Positions 33,999-43,713 of a DNA stretch of 64,000 bases are shown piece after piece. The notes under the pieces are model-generated. The model did not search any database. It was given only the letters and a program-made list of their open reading frames with translations, and was not told the DNA's origin. The stretch's first letter is position 1. Each line of letters starts with the position of its first letter. Position numbers and translations under genes: made by a program. The DNA is from Candidatus Saccharimonadales bacterium (lineage in GTDB: Bacteria; Patescibacteriota; Saccharimonadia; Saccharimonadales; JBBQKK01). The stretch lies in NCBI GenBank assembly GCA_038326785.1, contig JBBQKK010000001.1, forward strand, positions 19,813 to 83,812, in the 5' to 3' direction.

Positions 33999-34438
33999 TA
34001 CTTACCTTCCTTAATCGCGAATTTTACAGGTTTCTGCGCTTCGTGGTTATGTTCAGTACCGGCGTAAACCTTGAGACGCTCTAAGCGACCATCTCGTAAT
34101 TTGTTAACTGGCAACATGCCTCGAATTGCTTTGATGAGAACCTGGGTAGAATCCTGGGCCATCTTGTCTTTAAGAGGGGCCTCTTTAAGACCACCTGGGT
34201 ATCCACTGTGGCGGTAATACATCTTGGTTTCCATCTTATTACCTGTCACCACCAAATTGTCAGTGTTGACGATAATTACATAATCGCCTGTGTCGATATG
34301 CTTAGTAAAAGACGGCTTGCCTTTTCCAGTCAGCAGCTGAGCCGCAATTGATGCAATACGGCCAAGTGTAGCGTCTGATGCATCAATTACATGCCATTTA
34401 CGAGTCACATCGGTAGGTTTTGCACTATATGTCTTCAT
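33998..34438 (-). CDS. rplM: 50S ribosomal protein L13
   Basis: 146 aa: MKTYSAKPTDVTRKWHVIDA..LGRIAS. TAATG overlap with rpsI. Confidence 0.95.
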   Translation of the reverse strand: MKTYSAKPTDVTRKWHVIDASDATLGRIASIAAQLLTGKGKPSFTKHIDTGDYVIIVNTDNLVVTGNKMETKMYYRHSGYPGGLKEAPLKDKMAQDSTQVLIKAIRGMLPVNKLRDGRLERLKVYAGTEHNHEAQKPVKFAIKEGK

Positions 34439-34860
34439 TAGGCTTCCCCTTCCTTTTCTTCAACTTCTGGCTTGGCAGCTTGTGCTACTGGAGCCTGGTT
34501 TAACTCATCTACAAAACTAATGCGAGCAAGCTGCGCATTATCTCCGCGTCGCAAGCGTGTGCGTACGATACGAAGGTGACCACTGTCACGTCCTTGTAGC
34601 TTTGGCGCTATTTCATCTACTAGCTTGTGTGCACTTGCAATAGTTTGCAAGTCGCTGATGATCATACGACGATTGTGTAGATCACCTTTCTTAGCCTTAG
34701 TGATTAGCTTTTCAACATATGGAACAACTTCTTTTGCTTTCGGCAATGTTGTTTCGATTGTTTCATACTTGATCAGTGAATCAGCAAGTCCCTTGAGTAG
34801 GGCTCGGCGCTGATCACGCTCGCGATGAAACTTTCTTCCTTTATATCCGTGACGATGCAT
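34438..34860 (-). CDS. rplQ: 50S ribosomal protein L17 (C-terminal extension)
   Basis: 140 aa: MHRHGYKGRKFHRERDQRRALLKGLA. TAATG overlap with rplM. Confidence 0.93.
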   Translation of the reverse strand: MHRHGYKGRKFHRERDQRRALLKGLADSLIKYETIETTLPKAKEVVPYVEKLITKAKKGDLHNRRMIISDLQTIASAHKLVDEIAPKLQGRDSGHLRIVRTRLRRGDNAQLARISFVDELNQAPVAQAAKPEVEEKEGEA

Positions 34861-34863
34861 AGT

Positions 34864-35802
34864 TTACAGCTCCAACTCCGCCATCTTTTCCTTGACTTCG
34901 TCTAGTGCCTTACTTCCAAAGCCTTTGAGTTCACGAAGTTCAGTGTCACTTAGAGAAAATAGATCCTTGAGTGTATGAATATCGTTATTTATCAAAGCGT
35001 TGGTAGTACGAGCAGATAGGTTCAAGTCCTCGATGGAGGTCATTAATTCTGCTGGATCGTCGCCATTGTCTGTGTCGTCAGCGATCTTAGCTGCAGCTGA
35101 AGCACCTGCTTCAACGCGGGTTTGGCCAGCGAGTGCAGTGTACTGATTTACCAAAATGGCTGCTGCTTCTTCGAAAGCTTCACGTGGAGTGATTGATCCG
35201 TCAGTGTCTACAGTAAGTAGTAACTTATCGAGGTCAGTCATTTGTCCAACACGGGTGTTCTCAACCTTATAACGTACTCGAAGTACAGGACTGAAGATTG
35301 CATCAATAGCAATCATGTCACTGGCCTTGCGTGCAGCGCCTTCTTCGATTGTTCGGTAACCGCGTCCAGTTTCAACAACTAGATCCATAACAAATGTAGC
35401 TTTATCATCGTCAAGTGTTGCAATGATCTGGTCAGGGTTTACGACTTCAACATCAGCGTTAACTTGGATGTCTTTAGCGGTAACTGGGCCTTTTCCTTGC
35501 TTCACAATTCGAAGTGTCTGAGCTTCACTGCCGAAAACACGGAAGCGAACGCTCTTCAAGTTCAACATGATGTCTACGACATCTTCTTTTACACCTGTAA
35601 CCGTAGTAAATTCATGTGTAGCACCCTCAACCTTAAAGGCCGTGATTGCAGCACCTGCAATACTAGCTAACAACACGCGACGTAGGCTGTTGCCTAGTGT
35701 CATGCCGTAACCGGTATGTAGTGGCTCAACGGTAAAGGTTGCGCTGGATGCGCCATGATCCTCGACGCTTACAACTCCTGGTGTGTGGATAGTTTTTGAC
35801 AT
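34864..35802 (-). CDS. rpoA: DNA-directed RNA polymerase subunit alpha
   Basis: 312 aa. N-terminal domain GYGMTLGNSLRRVLL and C-terminal domain LNLSARTTNALINNDIHTLKDL. Confidence 0.94.
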   Translation of the reverse strand: MSKTIHTPGVVSVEDHGASSATFTVEPLHTGYGMTLGNSLRRVLLASIAGAAITAFKVEGATHEFTTVTGVKEDVVDIMLNLKSVRFRVFGSEAQTLRIVKQGKGPVTAKDIQVNADVEVVNPDQIIATLDDDKATFVMDLVVETGRGYRTIEEGAARKASDMIAIDAIFSPVLRVRYKVENTRVGQMTDLDKLLLTVDTDGSITPREAFEEAAAILVNQYTALAGQTRVEAGASAAAKIADDTDNGDDPAELMTSIEDLNLSARTTNALINNDIHTLKDLFSLSDTELRELKGFGSKALDEVKEKMAELEL

Positions 35803-35821
35803 ACTTAGTTCCTCGCCTCCC

Positions 35822-36439
35822 TTAGCGTGAGTAATATTCCACTATTAATTGCTCTTTAATGTCTGGTTCCGCCTCTTCACGAGTTGGGATGCCAGTCACG
35901 TTTATTTCAAATTTCTTTCGGTCAACCTTCAACCAGCCCGGTGTTTCACTAGGGGCGGGGCTAACATCATCGATACTCTTGAAATAAGCATTTGATTTAC
36001 TGTGGTCGCGTAAGACGAGTACGTCACCTGGAACTAGTCGAATCGATGGAACATCAACTCGACGTCCGTTCAGCATGAAGTGTCCGTGCGTGACAAGCTG
36101 ACGTGCAGCTCGGCGTGAAGTAGCAAATCCTGCGCGGTAAACGGCATTGTCTGCACGTCGCTCCAAAAACTGGAGTAGTAATTCGCCGGATAGACCCTGC
36201 TTGCGACTTGCTTCAGTCATTAGTCGAGCAAATTGCTTTTCTAACAGACCGTATAGTCGCTTGACCTTCTGCTTTTCGCGTAGCTGTAATGCGTACTGGC
36301 TTGGCTTGTTTCGCATGTTGCGAGTGCCGGCTTCGCCAGGCATAGTACTGCGCTTAGCAAGCGCTTTATGTGCTTTTGGATGAAGGGCGTAGCCTTCGCG
36401 TCGGGACATTTTAACAATAGATTGAGTGTCTCGTGCCAT
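35822..36439 (-). CDS. rpsD: 30S ribosomal protein S4
   Basis: 205 aa: SRREGYAL...[22 protein letters not shown], with S4 domain [26 protein letters not shown]. Confidence 0.94.
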   Translation of the reverse strand: [205 protein letters not shown]

Positions 36440-36442
36440 GCC

Positions 36443-36838
36443 TTAGACCCTCCTAGCTTTCTTTGGACGAACGCCACCATGTGGTACGCCTGTTACGTCT
36501 TTGATACTCTCAACAGCAATGTCGAGTGATTGTAGGGTACGTACTGCAGCTTCGCGGCCGAGTCCGATTCCCTTAATAAAGACATCCACTTTGCCGAGGC
36601 CGTGGAGTTGCTTCGCTATTGCAGCAGCGCGCTCTGTAGCGACCTGCGCAGCATAAGCTGTGCCTTTTTTACTACCACGGAAACCGCAAGCACCAGCGCT
36701 AGCAGCTGCTAATGCGCCACCTTGCTGATCGGTAAACGTGATAATTGTATTGTTGAATGTAGCCAAAACATGCATCTGTCCATAAGGTATGGAGCGTTTG
36801 GCTTTTTTCTTGCGTGGGGCTGTAGATACTTCTGCCAT
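36443..36838 (-). CDS. rpsK: 30S ribosomal protein S11
   Basis: 131 aa: GQMHVLATFNNTIITFTDQQG...GFRGSKKGTAYAAQ. Confidence 0.95.
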   Translation of the reverse strand: MAEVSTAPRKKKAKRSIPYGQMHVLATFNNTIITFTDQQGGALAAASAGACGFRGSKKGTAYAAQVATERAAAIAKQLHGLGKVDVFIKGIGLGREAAVRTLQSLDIAVESIKDVTGVPHGGVRPKKARRV

Positions 36839-36852
36839 AGTAATTCCTTTCC

Positions 36853-37239
36853 TTATGTCTTAGATGGAGCTTTTTTATTAGTACCGCCGACTGTCGTCTT
36901 TCGACCACGTCGAGTTCGCGCATTCGTTCGAGTGCGTTGCCCGCGTGCAGGCAGGTTCTTGCTATGGCGTTCGCCACGGTAAGCCCTGATGTCCTTAAGT
37001 CGTTTGATGTTCGTTGCAACGATACGCTGCAATTCACCTTCAACGGTATAAGTTTCGTTAATAAAATCCTGAATACGAGAAATCTCGGCATCCGTTAGGT
37101 CTTTAACGCGAACTGTTGGTTCGACCTTAGCGGCCTCCAAAATTTCAGCGCTTGTCTTTGGCCCAACCCCATAGACATACGTCAAAGCCACATGCACTTG
37201 CTTCCCGTCAGGAATAGTTACGCCAGAAATTCTTGCCAT
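36853..37239 (-). CDS. rpsM: 30S ribosomal protein S13
   Basis: 128 aa: MARISGVTIPDGKQVHVALTYVYGVGPKTS. Confidence 0.95.
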   Translation of the reverse strand: MARISGVTIPDGKQVHVALTYVYGVGPKTSAEILEAAKVEPTVRVKDLTDAEISRIQDFINETYTVEGELQRIVATNIKRLKDIRAYRGERHSKNLPARGQRTRTNARTRRGRKTTVGGTNKKAPSKT

Positions 37240-37241
37240 AT

Positions 37242-37358
37242 CTATCCTTGCCTTTGCTTGTGCTTTGGCTTAAGTTTGTTGATTACGTAAAGACGACCCT
37301 TACGACGCACAATTTTGTCGTCGGGGCTAATCTTCTTTACACTTGCACGCACTTTCAT
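37242..37358 (-). CDS. rpmJ: 50S ribosomal protein L36, cysteine-free form (not in ORF track)
   Basis: Own translation: [38 protein letters not shown] (38 aa), preceded by AAGGAGGTG. It occupies the canonical slot between infA and rpsM. Confidence 0.9.
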   Translation of the reverse strand: MKVRASVKKISPDDKIVRRKGRLYVINKLKPKHKQRQG

Positions 37359-37420
37359 GCGGATCACACCTCCTTAAGTGGTAGCGACACACTGCCATAT
37401 ATTAATAAATTGTTGGGCGT

Positions 37421-37642
37421 CTAACCCTTGCGATAGGTGATTCTTCCCTTAGTAAGATCATAAGGGGTCAACTCGACCGTAACGCCGTCACCAGGCACGA
37501 GGCGAATAAAATGCTTTCTCATCTTGCCGGCGACATGAGCTATAATTTGATGGCCATTTTGGAGTTCAACGCGAAACTGAGTCCCAGGCAATGCCTCGGT
37601 TATAGTTCCAGCTAACTCGATAACTTCCTTATTTTTGGCCAT
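37421..37642 (-). CDS. infA: translation initiation factor IF-1
   Basis: 73 aa: [48 protein letters not shown]. Confidence 0.95.
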   Translation of the reverse strand: MAKNKEVIELAGTITEALPGTQFRVELQNGHQIIAHVAGKMRKHFIRLVPGDGVTVELTPYDLTKGRITYRKG

Positions 37643-37661
37643 AAATGTATAACAGAGGTTG

Positions 37662-37690
37662 ATTATAACAGAACTTACAACGACTTGTAA
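37662..37690 (-). promoter_or_regulatory. internal sigma-70-type promoter for infA-rpmJ-rpsM...
   Basis: Minus strand reads TTACAA (37690-37685), a 17-nt spacer, then TATAAT (37667-37662). It begins 9 nt after the secY stop. Confidence 0.55.
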
Positions 37691-37698
37691 AGAGTTTA

Positions 37699-39201
37699 TT
37701 AATCTTCCTTGCCCTTTCGTAGTTTACGCGGAATGAAGCGTAAACGCTGTGCTCCGCTGGCAGCTAGTGCCGGTTGATCCTGATCATAGAAGAAGTCTGG
37801 CTGCTCATACTGATCATACGTGACCATGAGAGCGCGAGACTCAATTTGCCTTAGTGTTTCTATTGCTACGGACACGAGGATAAGAATACTTGTGCCGCCC
37901 AGCGCAATATCAGTTCGCAGGAACTTCTGCCCAATAATTGGCAGTACGGCAAGTAGGCTCAGAGCGATCGCACCGAAAAGTGTTAATCTGTTGACCACCT
38001 GCCCCAAGTATTTTTCAGTCTGTAGTCCAGACCTAACATCTCCAATAAATCCACCTTGCTTCTGAAGATTCTCTGCAATTTCTTTTGAGTTAAACGTAAT
38101 GCTCGTGTAGAAAAAGGTAAACATGAATACAAGAATGAAATATAGCGCTGGGTATATGTATGGTATCCACCCTTCTTGGGCAAATGAAGCCGTTGTAGGC
38201 GCTTGGAACCAGATAAACAGCTTGTTCCCTATATCGCTCAAGCGAGCGCTACTATTGGAGCGCAGAAGCTGTCCGACAAAACTAGGTACGCTCAAGAAAG
38301 CAACTGCAAAGATAATTGGGATAACACCAGCGGTTATCAGCTTGACTGGCAAAGTAGTAGTAACCCCGCCATAAGCCCTGTTTCCTTGTACTCGCTTCGC
38401 ATAGTGCACAGTAATGGCGCGACGGGCTTCATTAAGCTTAACGATGAAGACTGTCACAAGGATTGTGCTACCGAGCAAAATGCCTCCATATATCAAACCG
38501 TCTTTGTTGAATGGCAACGTTTTTCCGAAGACGGACAAGCCACCGGCAGGATCATAAATTGAATCAGCAATATTAGTAATCATAGACGGTAGAGTGCTTA
38601 CGATACCTACTGTAATGATGAGCGAAATACCGTTACCAATGCTCTTCTCTGTGATAAGTTCACCCAGCCACATGAGAAGCATGGCGCCACCCGTAAGAGC
38701 GGCAACCATAAGTATCCAGTGACCGATTGTTGCATTTGCGGTAATATCGTCAATCCCGCCAATTTGCTGGGCTGTTTGGCGCACAAGATAGATCGCGCCG
38801 ATAGACTGGATGATTGCAAGAGGTAGCGTCAGCATGCGCGTGTACTGATTGATTTTCTTTCGACCAAATTCGCCCTCTTTATTGAGCGTCTCTAGCCGTG
38901 GTATTGCCTTTGTCAGCAATTGCATAATGATAGATGCGTTGATGTAAGGGCCAAGTCCTACAAGCATGATGGAGAAGTTAGCTAACGCTCCACCTGACAG
39001 TACGTTAATGAAGCTAAGTAACTGCGGAGTATTCGATGCAGTAAATAGGTTTTCCAAAACTTGCTTTAATGTTTCTGGATTCGCGAGCGGAATTGGTACA
39101 TGCGCGAGAATTCTAAATACAAATAACATTCCCAACACAGCGAGAATACGATTGCGCATATCGCTGTTTTTCAATGATTTCCAAATTACTTTCCAGTTCA
39201 T
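37699..39201 (-). CDS. secY: preprotein translocase subunit SecY (about 60-aa C-terminal extension)
   Basis: 500 aa with ten hydrophobic segments: [39 protein letters not shown]. Confidence 0.93.
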   Translation of the reverse strand: MNWKVIWKSLKNSDMRNRILAVLGMLFVFRILAHVPIPLANPETLKQVLENLFTASNTPQLLSFINVLSGGALANFSIMLVGLGPYINASIIMQLLTKAIPRLETLNKEGEFGRKKINQYTRMLTLPLAIIQSIGAIYLVRQTAQQIGGIDDITANATIGHWILMVAALTGGAMLLMWLGELITEKSIGNGISLIITVGIVSTLPSMITNIADSIYDPAGGLSVFGKTLPFNKDGLIYGGILLGSTILVTVFIVKLNEARRAITVHYAKRVQGNRAYGGVTTTLPVKLITAGVIPIIFAVAFLSVPSFVGQLLRSNSSARLSDIGNKLFIWFQAPTTASFAQEGWIPYIYPALYFILVFMFTFFYTSITFNSKEIAENLQKQGGFIGDVRSGLQTEKYLGQVVNRLTLFGAIALSLLAVLPIIGQKFLRTDIALGGTSILILVSVAIETLRQIESRALMVTYDQYEQPDFFYDQDQPALAASGAQRLRFIPRKLRKGKED

Positions 39202-39236
39202 CGGTAACTTAACCCTTCCCTCTCAGAATAATAGAC

Positions 39237-39279
39237 ATAAAAACTGCTCCTAAGTATACATTACTTAAGGAGCAGTTTT
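39237..39279 (-). terminator. long hairpin plus U-run between rplO and secY (attenuator/partial terminator candidate)
   Basis: 16-bp stem (10+6 bp with a one-base bulge), aaactgctcctaagta / tacttaaggagcagttt, with 5-nt loop. On the minus strand it is followed by TTTTTATG, and it is also T-rich on the + strand. Confidence 0.5.
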
Positions 39280-39300
39280 GTAGTACTTTTGCTGTAAAAC

Positions 39301-39768
39301 TTAAGCCTCAGTTTTTTCTTTGGCTGTTCGACCTACTCGTGCAGTCTTGTCAAAGCTTCCACCGGCCTTCTGAACTGCGGCTATAGCGGACTCGCTAGCA
39401 GCCTGCAATTTGACAGTAACTTTCTTAGTTACGTCGCCTTTTGAGATTAGCTTTACTTTCACATATGGGCTAGAAGTTAAGCCTGCATCTGCGACAGTAA
39501 AATTGTCTACCAAAGTACCGATAGTGTCTAGCTGACCGGTGTAAACAATCTCTGCCTTAGGACGAATGCTTTTGAATCCAGGCAACTTCGGAAGTCGTTG
39601 CATAAGCGGGTTCTGACCACCTTCGAAACCAGGCTTGCGAGTTGAGCCAGAGCGTGCGCCCTGTCCCTTAGTACCACGTCCAGCTGTCTTACCTTGGCCT
39701 GCGGAAATACCACGACCAACGCGATTAGCTTTCTTGTTTTTAGAAATATTTAAATCGTTATATTTCAT
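39301..39768 (-). CDS. rplO: 50S ribosomal protein L15
   Basis: 155 aa: RVGRGISAGQGKTAGRGTKGQGARSG. Confidence 0.94.
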   Translation of the reverse strand: MKYNDLNISKNKKANRVGRGISAGQGKTAGRGTKGQGARSGSTRKPGFEGGQNPLMQRLPKLPGFKSIRPKAEIVYTGQLDTIGTLVDNFTVADAGLTSSPYVKVKLISKGDVTKKVTVKLQAASESAIAAVQKAGGSFDKTARVGRTAKEKTEA

Positions 39769-39770
39769 AA

Positions 39771-40337
39771 CTACGCCTCTACCTTTTCAGCTACTTTTTT
39801 AGCTTTTGCTTTGCTAGCTGCGACTTGACGTGTAACCCATTTATCTGCTGGAACTATACTTTCAAGCGCTGCAAGAGTTGCGTAAGCAGTGTTGATCTTG
39901 TTAGTAGAGCCCAATGACTTGGATAGTGCATTACGAACACCAGTGACTTCAAGTACGGTACGCACTACACCACCAGCAATAAGTCCTGTACCAGGCGCTG
40001 CTGGCTTAACAAGAATACGTGCGCCACTAACCTTAGCTTCAGCTTCGTGAGGTAATGTGCCGTTATGTAGCTTGATAGTAACAAAATTCTTCTTAGCTAC
40101 GTCTACAGCCTTCGTGACAGCAGTTGTAACGTCAGCACCTTTAGCAACACCGATTCCGATTTTGCCTTTGTGATCACCAACTACAACTAGTGCGCGGAAA
40201 CGGAAGCGACGTCCGCCCTTTACTACGCGAGCAACACGATCAATATTCACGACGCGCTCGTCGAATTGTTTTTCTTCAGCAACTTCAGGACGACGTCCAT
40301 CACGGTTGCCTCTGCGGTTATCTCTATTATCTGCCAT
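39771..40337 (-). CDS. rpsE: 30S ribosomal protein S5 (Arg/Asn-rich N-terminal extension)
   Basis: I prefer ATG 40337 (MADNRDNRRGNRDGRR...), which lies 1 nt after the rplR stop. Core: VVNIDRVARVVKGGRRFRFRALVVVGD. Confidence 0.93.
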   Translation of the reverse strand: MADNRDNRRGNRDGRRPEVAEEKQFDERVVNIDRVARVVKGGRRFRFRALVVVGDHKGKIGIGVAKGADVTTAVTKAVDVAKKNFVTIKLHNGTLPHEAEAKVSGARILVKPAAPGTGLIAGGVVRTVLEVTGVRNALSKSLGSTNKINTAYATLAALESIVPADKWVTRQVAASKAKAKKVAEKVEA

Positions 40338-40338
40338 A

Positions 40339-40695
40339 TTAGAACTCCAATCCTCCGGCACGGGCAGCATCTGCAAGTGCCTTTACGCGACCATGATACA
40401 ATCGACCGTTTCTATCAAATACAACTTGGTTAATCTTAGCAGCTTTAGCCTGCTTAGCAATTTGCTCGCCGATCAAGACTGATTTCTCAGTCATGGTTCC
40501 AGAAGCAGTCTTCTTTCCTACGGTTGATGCGTAGGCGATGGTCTTGTGCGAGGTGTCATCAATAATCTGAGCAGTTACGTGCTTATTGCTGACGCGTACG
40601 GTCAAGCGTGGTCGCTCTGCTGTACCAGATATAGTTGCGCGCACGCGATTTTTGCGGCGGGCCAGGTTTCGAACTTTAGATGTTAAGCGATTCAT
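40339..40695 (-). CDS. rplR: 50S ribosomal protein L18
   Basis: 118 aa: RRKNRVRATISGTAERPRLTVRVSNKHVTAQIIDD. Confidence 0.94.
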   Translation of the reverse strand: MNRLTSKVRNLARRKNRVRATISGTAERPRLTVRVSNKHVTAQIIDDTSHKTIAYASTVGKKTASGTMTEKSVLIGEQIAKQAKAAKINQVVFDRNGRLYHGRVKALADAARAGGLEF

Positions 40696-40701
40696 GACGT
40701 A

Positions 40702-41241
40702 CTACTTATCCTTTCCTGATTTACCGGACTTGCGGATAATGCGTTCGCCCACGTACTTAATACCCTTGCCCTTATAAGGCTCAGGCTTCTTAAGTGCGCG
40801 AATTTCTGCCGCAACTTGGCCTACTTGCTGTTTATCAATACCTGAGATGGTAATAACATTACCTTCGACGGTTGCTACGATACCCTGAGGCAATGCGTAG
40901 TTAACTTCGTGGGAAAAGCCAAGAGCAAACTTCAGGCCGTTTCCAGCCAATGCAACGCGGTAACCCACGCCGTTAAGTTCTAGCTTCTTGCTGAATCCCT
41001 CGCTCACACCAATAACCATGTTATTGATAAGAGTGCGCATAAGACCATGCTTTGCGCGATTCTTTGGTTCATCATTGTCGCGGGTTACAACAAGCTGCTT
41101 GCCGTCAATAACTGCAGTGACGCCAGGCATTGTAAACTGTTGTAATGTACCCTTGGATCCTGCAACAGTGATGTTGTCAGAATCGACAGTGATTGTCACA
41201 CCGGATGGTACTTCGATCGGTAGTTTTCCTATACGACTCAT
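40702..41241 (-). CDS. rplF: 50S ribosomal protein L6
   Basis: 179 aa: MSRIGKLPIEVPSGVTITVD. Confidence 0.95.
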   Translation of the reverse strand: MSRIGKLPIEVPSGVTITVDSDNITVAGSKGTLQQFTMPGVTAVIDGKQLVVTRDNDEPKNRAKHGLMRTLINNMVIGVSEGFSKKLELNGVGYRVALAGNGLKFALGFSHEVNYALPQGIVATVEGNVITISGIDKQQVGQVAAEIRALKKPEPYKGKGIKYVGERIIRKSGKSGKDK

Positions 41242-41254
41242 TCTTATATTCCTT

Positions 41255-41656
41255 TTAGTAAACCTTACAAATTAATTCGCCACCGACGCCGAGCTTCTTA
41301 GCCTCGTCGCCTGTCATCATACCCTTGCTTGTGCTGATCACGACGATACCACGACCGCGTTTAACGGCAGGGATCTTATCGGAACCAGTATATGCTCGAC
41401 GACCTGGCTTGCTCATACGAACAATTTCGGTGATCTTTGCACTTGAATCAGGGGTATTGATAGTTACAGTGAGGGCTTTGCCAATCACCGCGTCAGATAC
41501 CTTAACATCCTGCACGAAACGATTTTCCTTTAGGATGAGAGCAACAGCTTCTTTAGCTTTGCTGTGTGGCATACTGACTTCATTTTTTCGAACCGCTATA
41601 GCATTACGAATGCGGGTAAGCATGTCAGCGATAGGGTCGGTTGTAGTTGTAGACAT
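41255..41656 (-). CDS. rpsH: 30S ribosomal protein S8
   Basis: 133 aa: DPIADMLTRIRNAIAVRK. Confidence 0.95.
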   Translation of the reverse strand: MSTTTTDPIADMLTRIRNAIAVRKNEVSMPHSKAKEAVALILKENRFVQDVKVSDAVIGKALTVTINTPDSSAKITEIVRMSKPGRRAYTGSDKIPAVKRGRGIVVISTSKGMMTGDEAKKLGVGGELICKVY

Positions 41657-41672
41657 ATTGTTCGCTCCTTTC

Positions 41673-41942
41673 TTACCAGCTTGACTTTGTTATGCCTGGG
41701 ATTTCTCCCTTACTTGCGTGCTCACGGAAGGTGATGCGGGATAGGCCGAATTGTCGCATGTAACCATGCGGGCGTCCGGTCATATTGCAGCGATTCTTCC
41801 ATCGGGTTGGACTGCTGTTACGGGGAAGCTTGTGCAAACCTTCGTAGTCGCCAAGAGACTTGAGCTCTGCGCGCTTAGCAGCCAATCGAATAATCATTTT
41901 TTGTCGCTTTAGATCGCGAGCAATTGCTGATTTCTTAGCCAT
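41673..41942 (-). CDS. rpsN: 30S ribosomal protein S14 (long, non-zinc form)
   Basis: I prefer ATG 41942 ([28 protein letters not shown]...[24 protein letters not shown], 89 aa), which lies 1 nt after the rplE stop. Confidence 0.92.
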   Translation of the reverse strand: MAKKSAIARDLKRQKMIIRLAAKRAELKSLGDYEGLHKLPRNSSPTRWKNRCNMTGRPHGYMRQFGLSRITFREHASKGEIPGITKSSW

Positions 41943-41943
41943 A

Positions 41944-42537
41944 TTATTTAGCTCCCTTTTCAAATGGCATGCCAAATTTCTCAAGCAGTGCCTTAGCATG
42001 TGCTGGTTCTTGTGCATCGATTACGAACACTGCCTGCAGCCCATGTGAAGTTGTTGTTTCCTCAAAAGTCAGCTCTGGAAAAACAGATTGATCCTGTAGA
42101 CCAAGACTGAAGTTGCCTGATTTATCAAACGCGCTGGCTTTAACACCGTGAAAGTCACGTAGTCGAGGAAGTACGATATTAATCAAACGATCCATGAACT
42201 CATACATTCGTTCGCCGCGAAGCGTAACTTTGAGTCCAATTTTGTTGCCTTCACGTAGCTTAAATCCCGCAATAGATTGCTTTGCGATAGTCTCTACTGG
42301 CTGTTGGCCGGTAATCTTGCGCAAAGTGTTTGCAGCGATTTCAATGATTTTCTTGTCGTCTTTTGCACGACCAAGGCCTACATTAACTACGATCTTTTCT
42401 AGCTTAGGAACCTGATGCGCATTGGCCAGGCCTAACTCTTCTTGAAGTTGCTTAGCAAATTCAGTGTTGTACTGTACTTTCAGACGCGCGCCAGAGACAG
42501 CTACAGCTGGTTTTGCCTTAGTTTTTGCTTCAGCCAT
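41944..42537 (-). CDS. rplE: 50S ribosomal protein L5
   Basis: 197 aa: [39 protein letters not shown]. Confidence 0.95.
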   Translation of the reverse strand: MAEAKTKAKPAVAVSGARLKVQYNTEFAKQLQEELGLANAHQVPKLEKIVVNVGLGRAKDDKKIIEIAANTLRKITGQQPVETIAKQSIAGFKLREGNKIGLKVTLRGERMYEFMDRLINIVLPRLRDFHGVKASAFDKSGNFSLGLQDQSVFPELTFEETTTSHGLQAVFVIDAQEPAHAKALLEKFGMPFEKGAK

Positions 42538-42869
42538 TACTTGATCTCCTTTCCGCTCGTCTTAAGTACACGAACCTTCTTACCTTCTTTATCGAATGTA
42601 TAACCAATGCGTGAAGCCTTTTTAGCAGTAGCATCGTAAATTCCTACCTTACTAACGTCGATGGGCTTGGTAATTTCGATGATTCCACCTTGTGGGTATG
42701 CACGATTGGGCTTCATGTGCTTCTTAACGATGTTGATGCCTTCTACAGTTACCTTGTTGTCGGCAGGATGAGTAGCAACAACCTTGCCGGTTTTGCCCTT
42801 GTACTTACCGCTGCGAACGACAACTGTATCGCCCTTCTTCAATCGTATCTTGAAAATAGAACTAGTCAT
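42537..42869 (-). CDS. rplX: 50S ribosomal protein L24
   Basis: 110 aa with KOW motif KKGDTVVVRSGKYKGKTGKV. Confidence 0.94.
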   Translation of the reverse strand: MTSSIFKIRLKKGDTVVVRSGKYKGKTGKVVATHPADNKVTVEGINIVKKHMKPNRAYPQGGIIEITKPIDVSKVGIYDATAKKASRIGYTFDKEGKKVRVLKTSGKEIK

Positions 42870-43237
42870 TATAGTACCTCCGGTGCAAGGCTAATAATCT
42901 TGGCGTAGCCCTGGTCGCGAAGTTCGCGGGGTACTGGGCCAAAAATACGAGTAGCCTTCGGGTTCTTGTCGTCACCGATAATAACAGCGGCGTTGTCGTC
43001 GAACTTGATAGTTGAGCCGTCTTTACGTCGGATCATATCGCGCGAACGTACAACGACTGCTTTTACTACTGATTTTTTCTTTACGTTACCAGTTGGGTTG
43101 GCTTGCTTTACGGTTGCGACAATTATGTCACCAACACGAGCGTAGCGCTTTCGAGTACCGCCGAGAACACGGATACATAGGATTTCCTTTGCACCTGAGT
43201 TATCGCATACAATTAATCGTGATTCTTGTTGGATCAT
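42869..43237 (-). CDS. rplN: 50S ribosomal protein L14
   Basis: 122 aa: [27 protein letters not shown]. Confidence 0.96.
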   Translation of the reverse strand: MIQQESRLIVCDNSGAKEILCIRVLGGTRKRYARVGDIIVATVKQANPTGNVKKKSVVKAVVVRSRDMIRRKDGSTIKFDDNAAVIIGDDKNPKATRIFGPVPRELRDQGYAKIISLAPEVL

Positions 43238-43239
43238 AA

Positions 43240-43512
43240 TTAAACCTCTGCCTTGCCTTCCTCGTGACGAATTGCTGCGCGTTCGATAATCTTATCTAAC
43301 ACGTGGCGTTTTCGTGCACTTAGTGGACGAGTTTCAGTAATAGTTACTTTGTCTCCGACTTCAGCTTGGTTAGCTTCATCATGAGCCATAAATTTCTTAC
43401 TAAAAGTATATTGTTTCTTATATATTGGATGCGTCTTGCGCGTAGCAACGGTAACGACTATTGTCTTGTCACCCTTGTTCGAGCTGACGATTCCTACTAA
43501 TGACTTAGCCAT
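43240..43512 (-). CDS. rpsQ: 30S ribosomal protein S17
   Basis: 90 aa: [29 protein letters not shown]. Confidence 0.94.
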   Translation of the reverse strand: MAKSLVGIVSSNKGDKTIVVTVATRKTHPIYKKQYTFSKKFMAHDEANQAEVGDKVTITETRPLSARKRHVLDKIIERAAIRHEEGKAEV

Positions 43513-43712
43513 TACACGGTCTCCTTTGTCAGTTGTTCGCTCAATACGGTGAGCACACGTGCTAGATCTTTGCGCTTGTGACGGATGACGCGTACGTTCT
43601 GTACTTCACCACTAACCAATCGACGCTTTAGCTCAGCAATTTCTTCTCGGAGTTTGGTACTTTCAGTTGTCAGATCTTTCGTAGACAACTTACGGATTTC
43701 AGCGATTTTCAT
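43512..43712 (-). CDS. rpmC: 50S ribosomal protein L29
   Basis: 66 aa: [31 protein letters not shown]. Confidence 0.93.
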   Translation of the reverse strand: MKIAEIRKLSTKDLTTESTKLREEIAELKRRLVSGEVQNVRVIRHKRKDLARVLTVLSEQLTKETV

Positions 43713-43713
43713 C

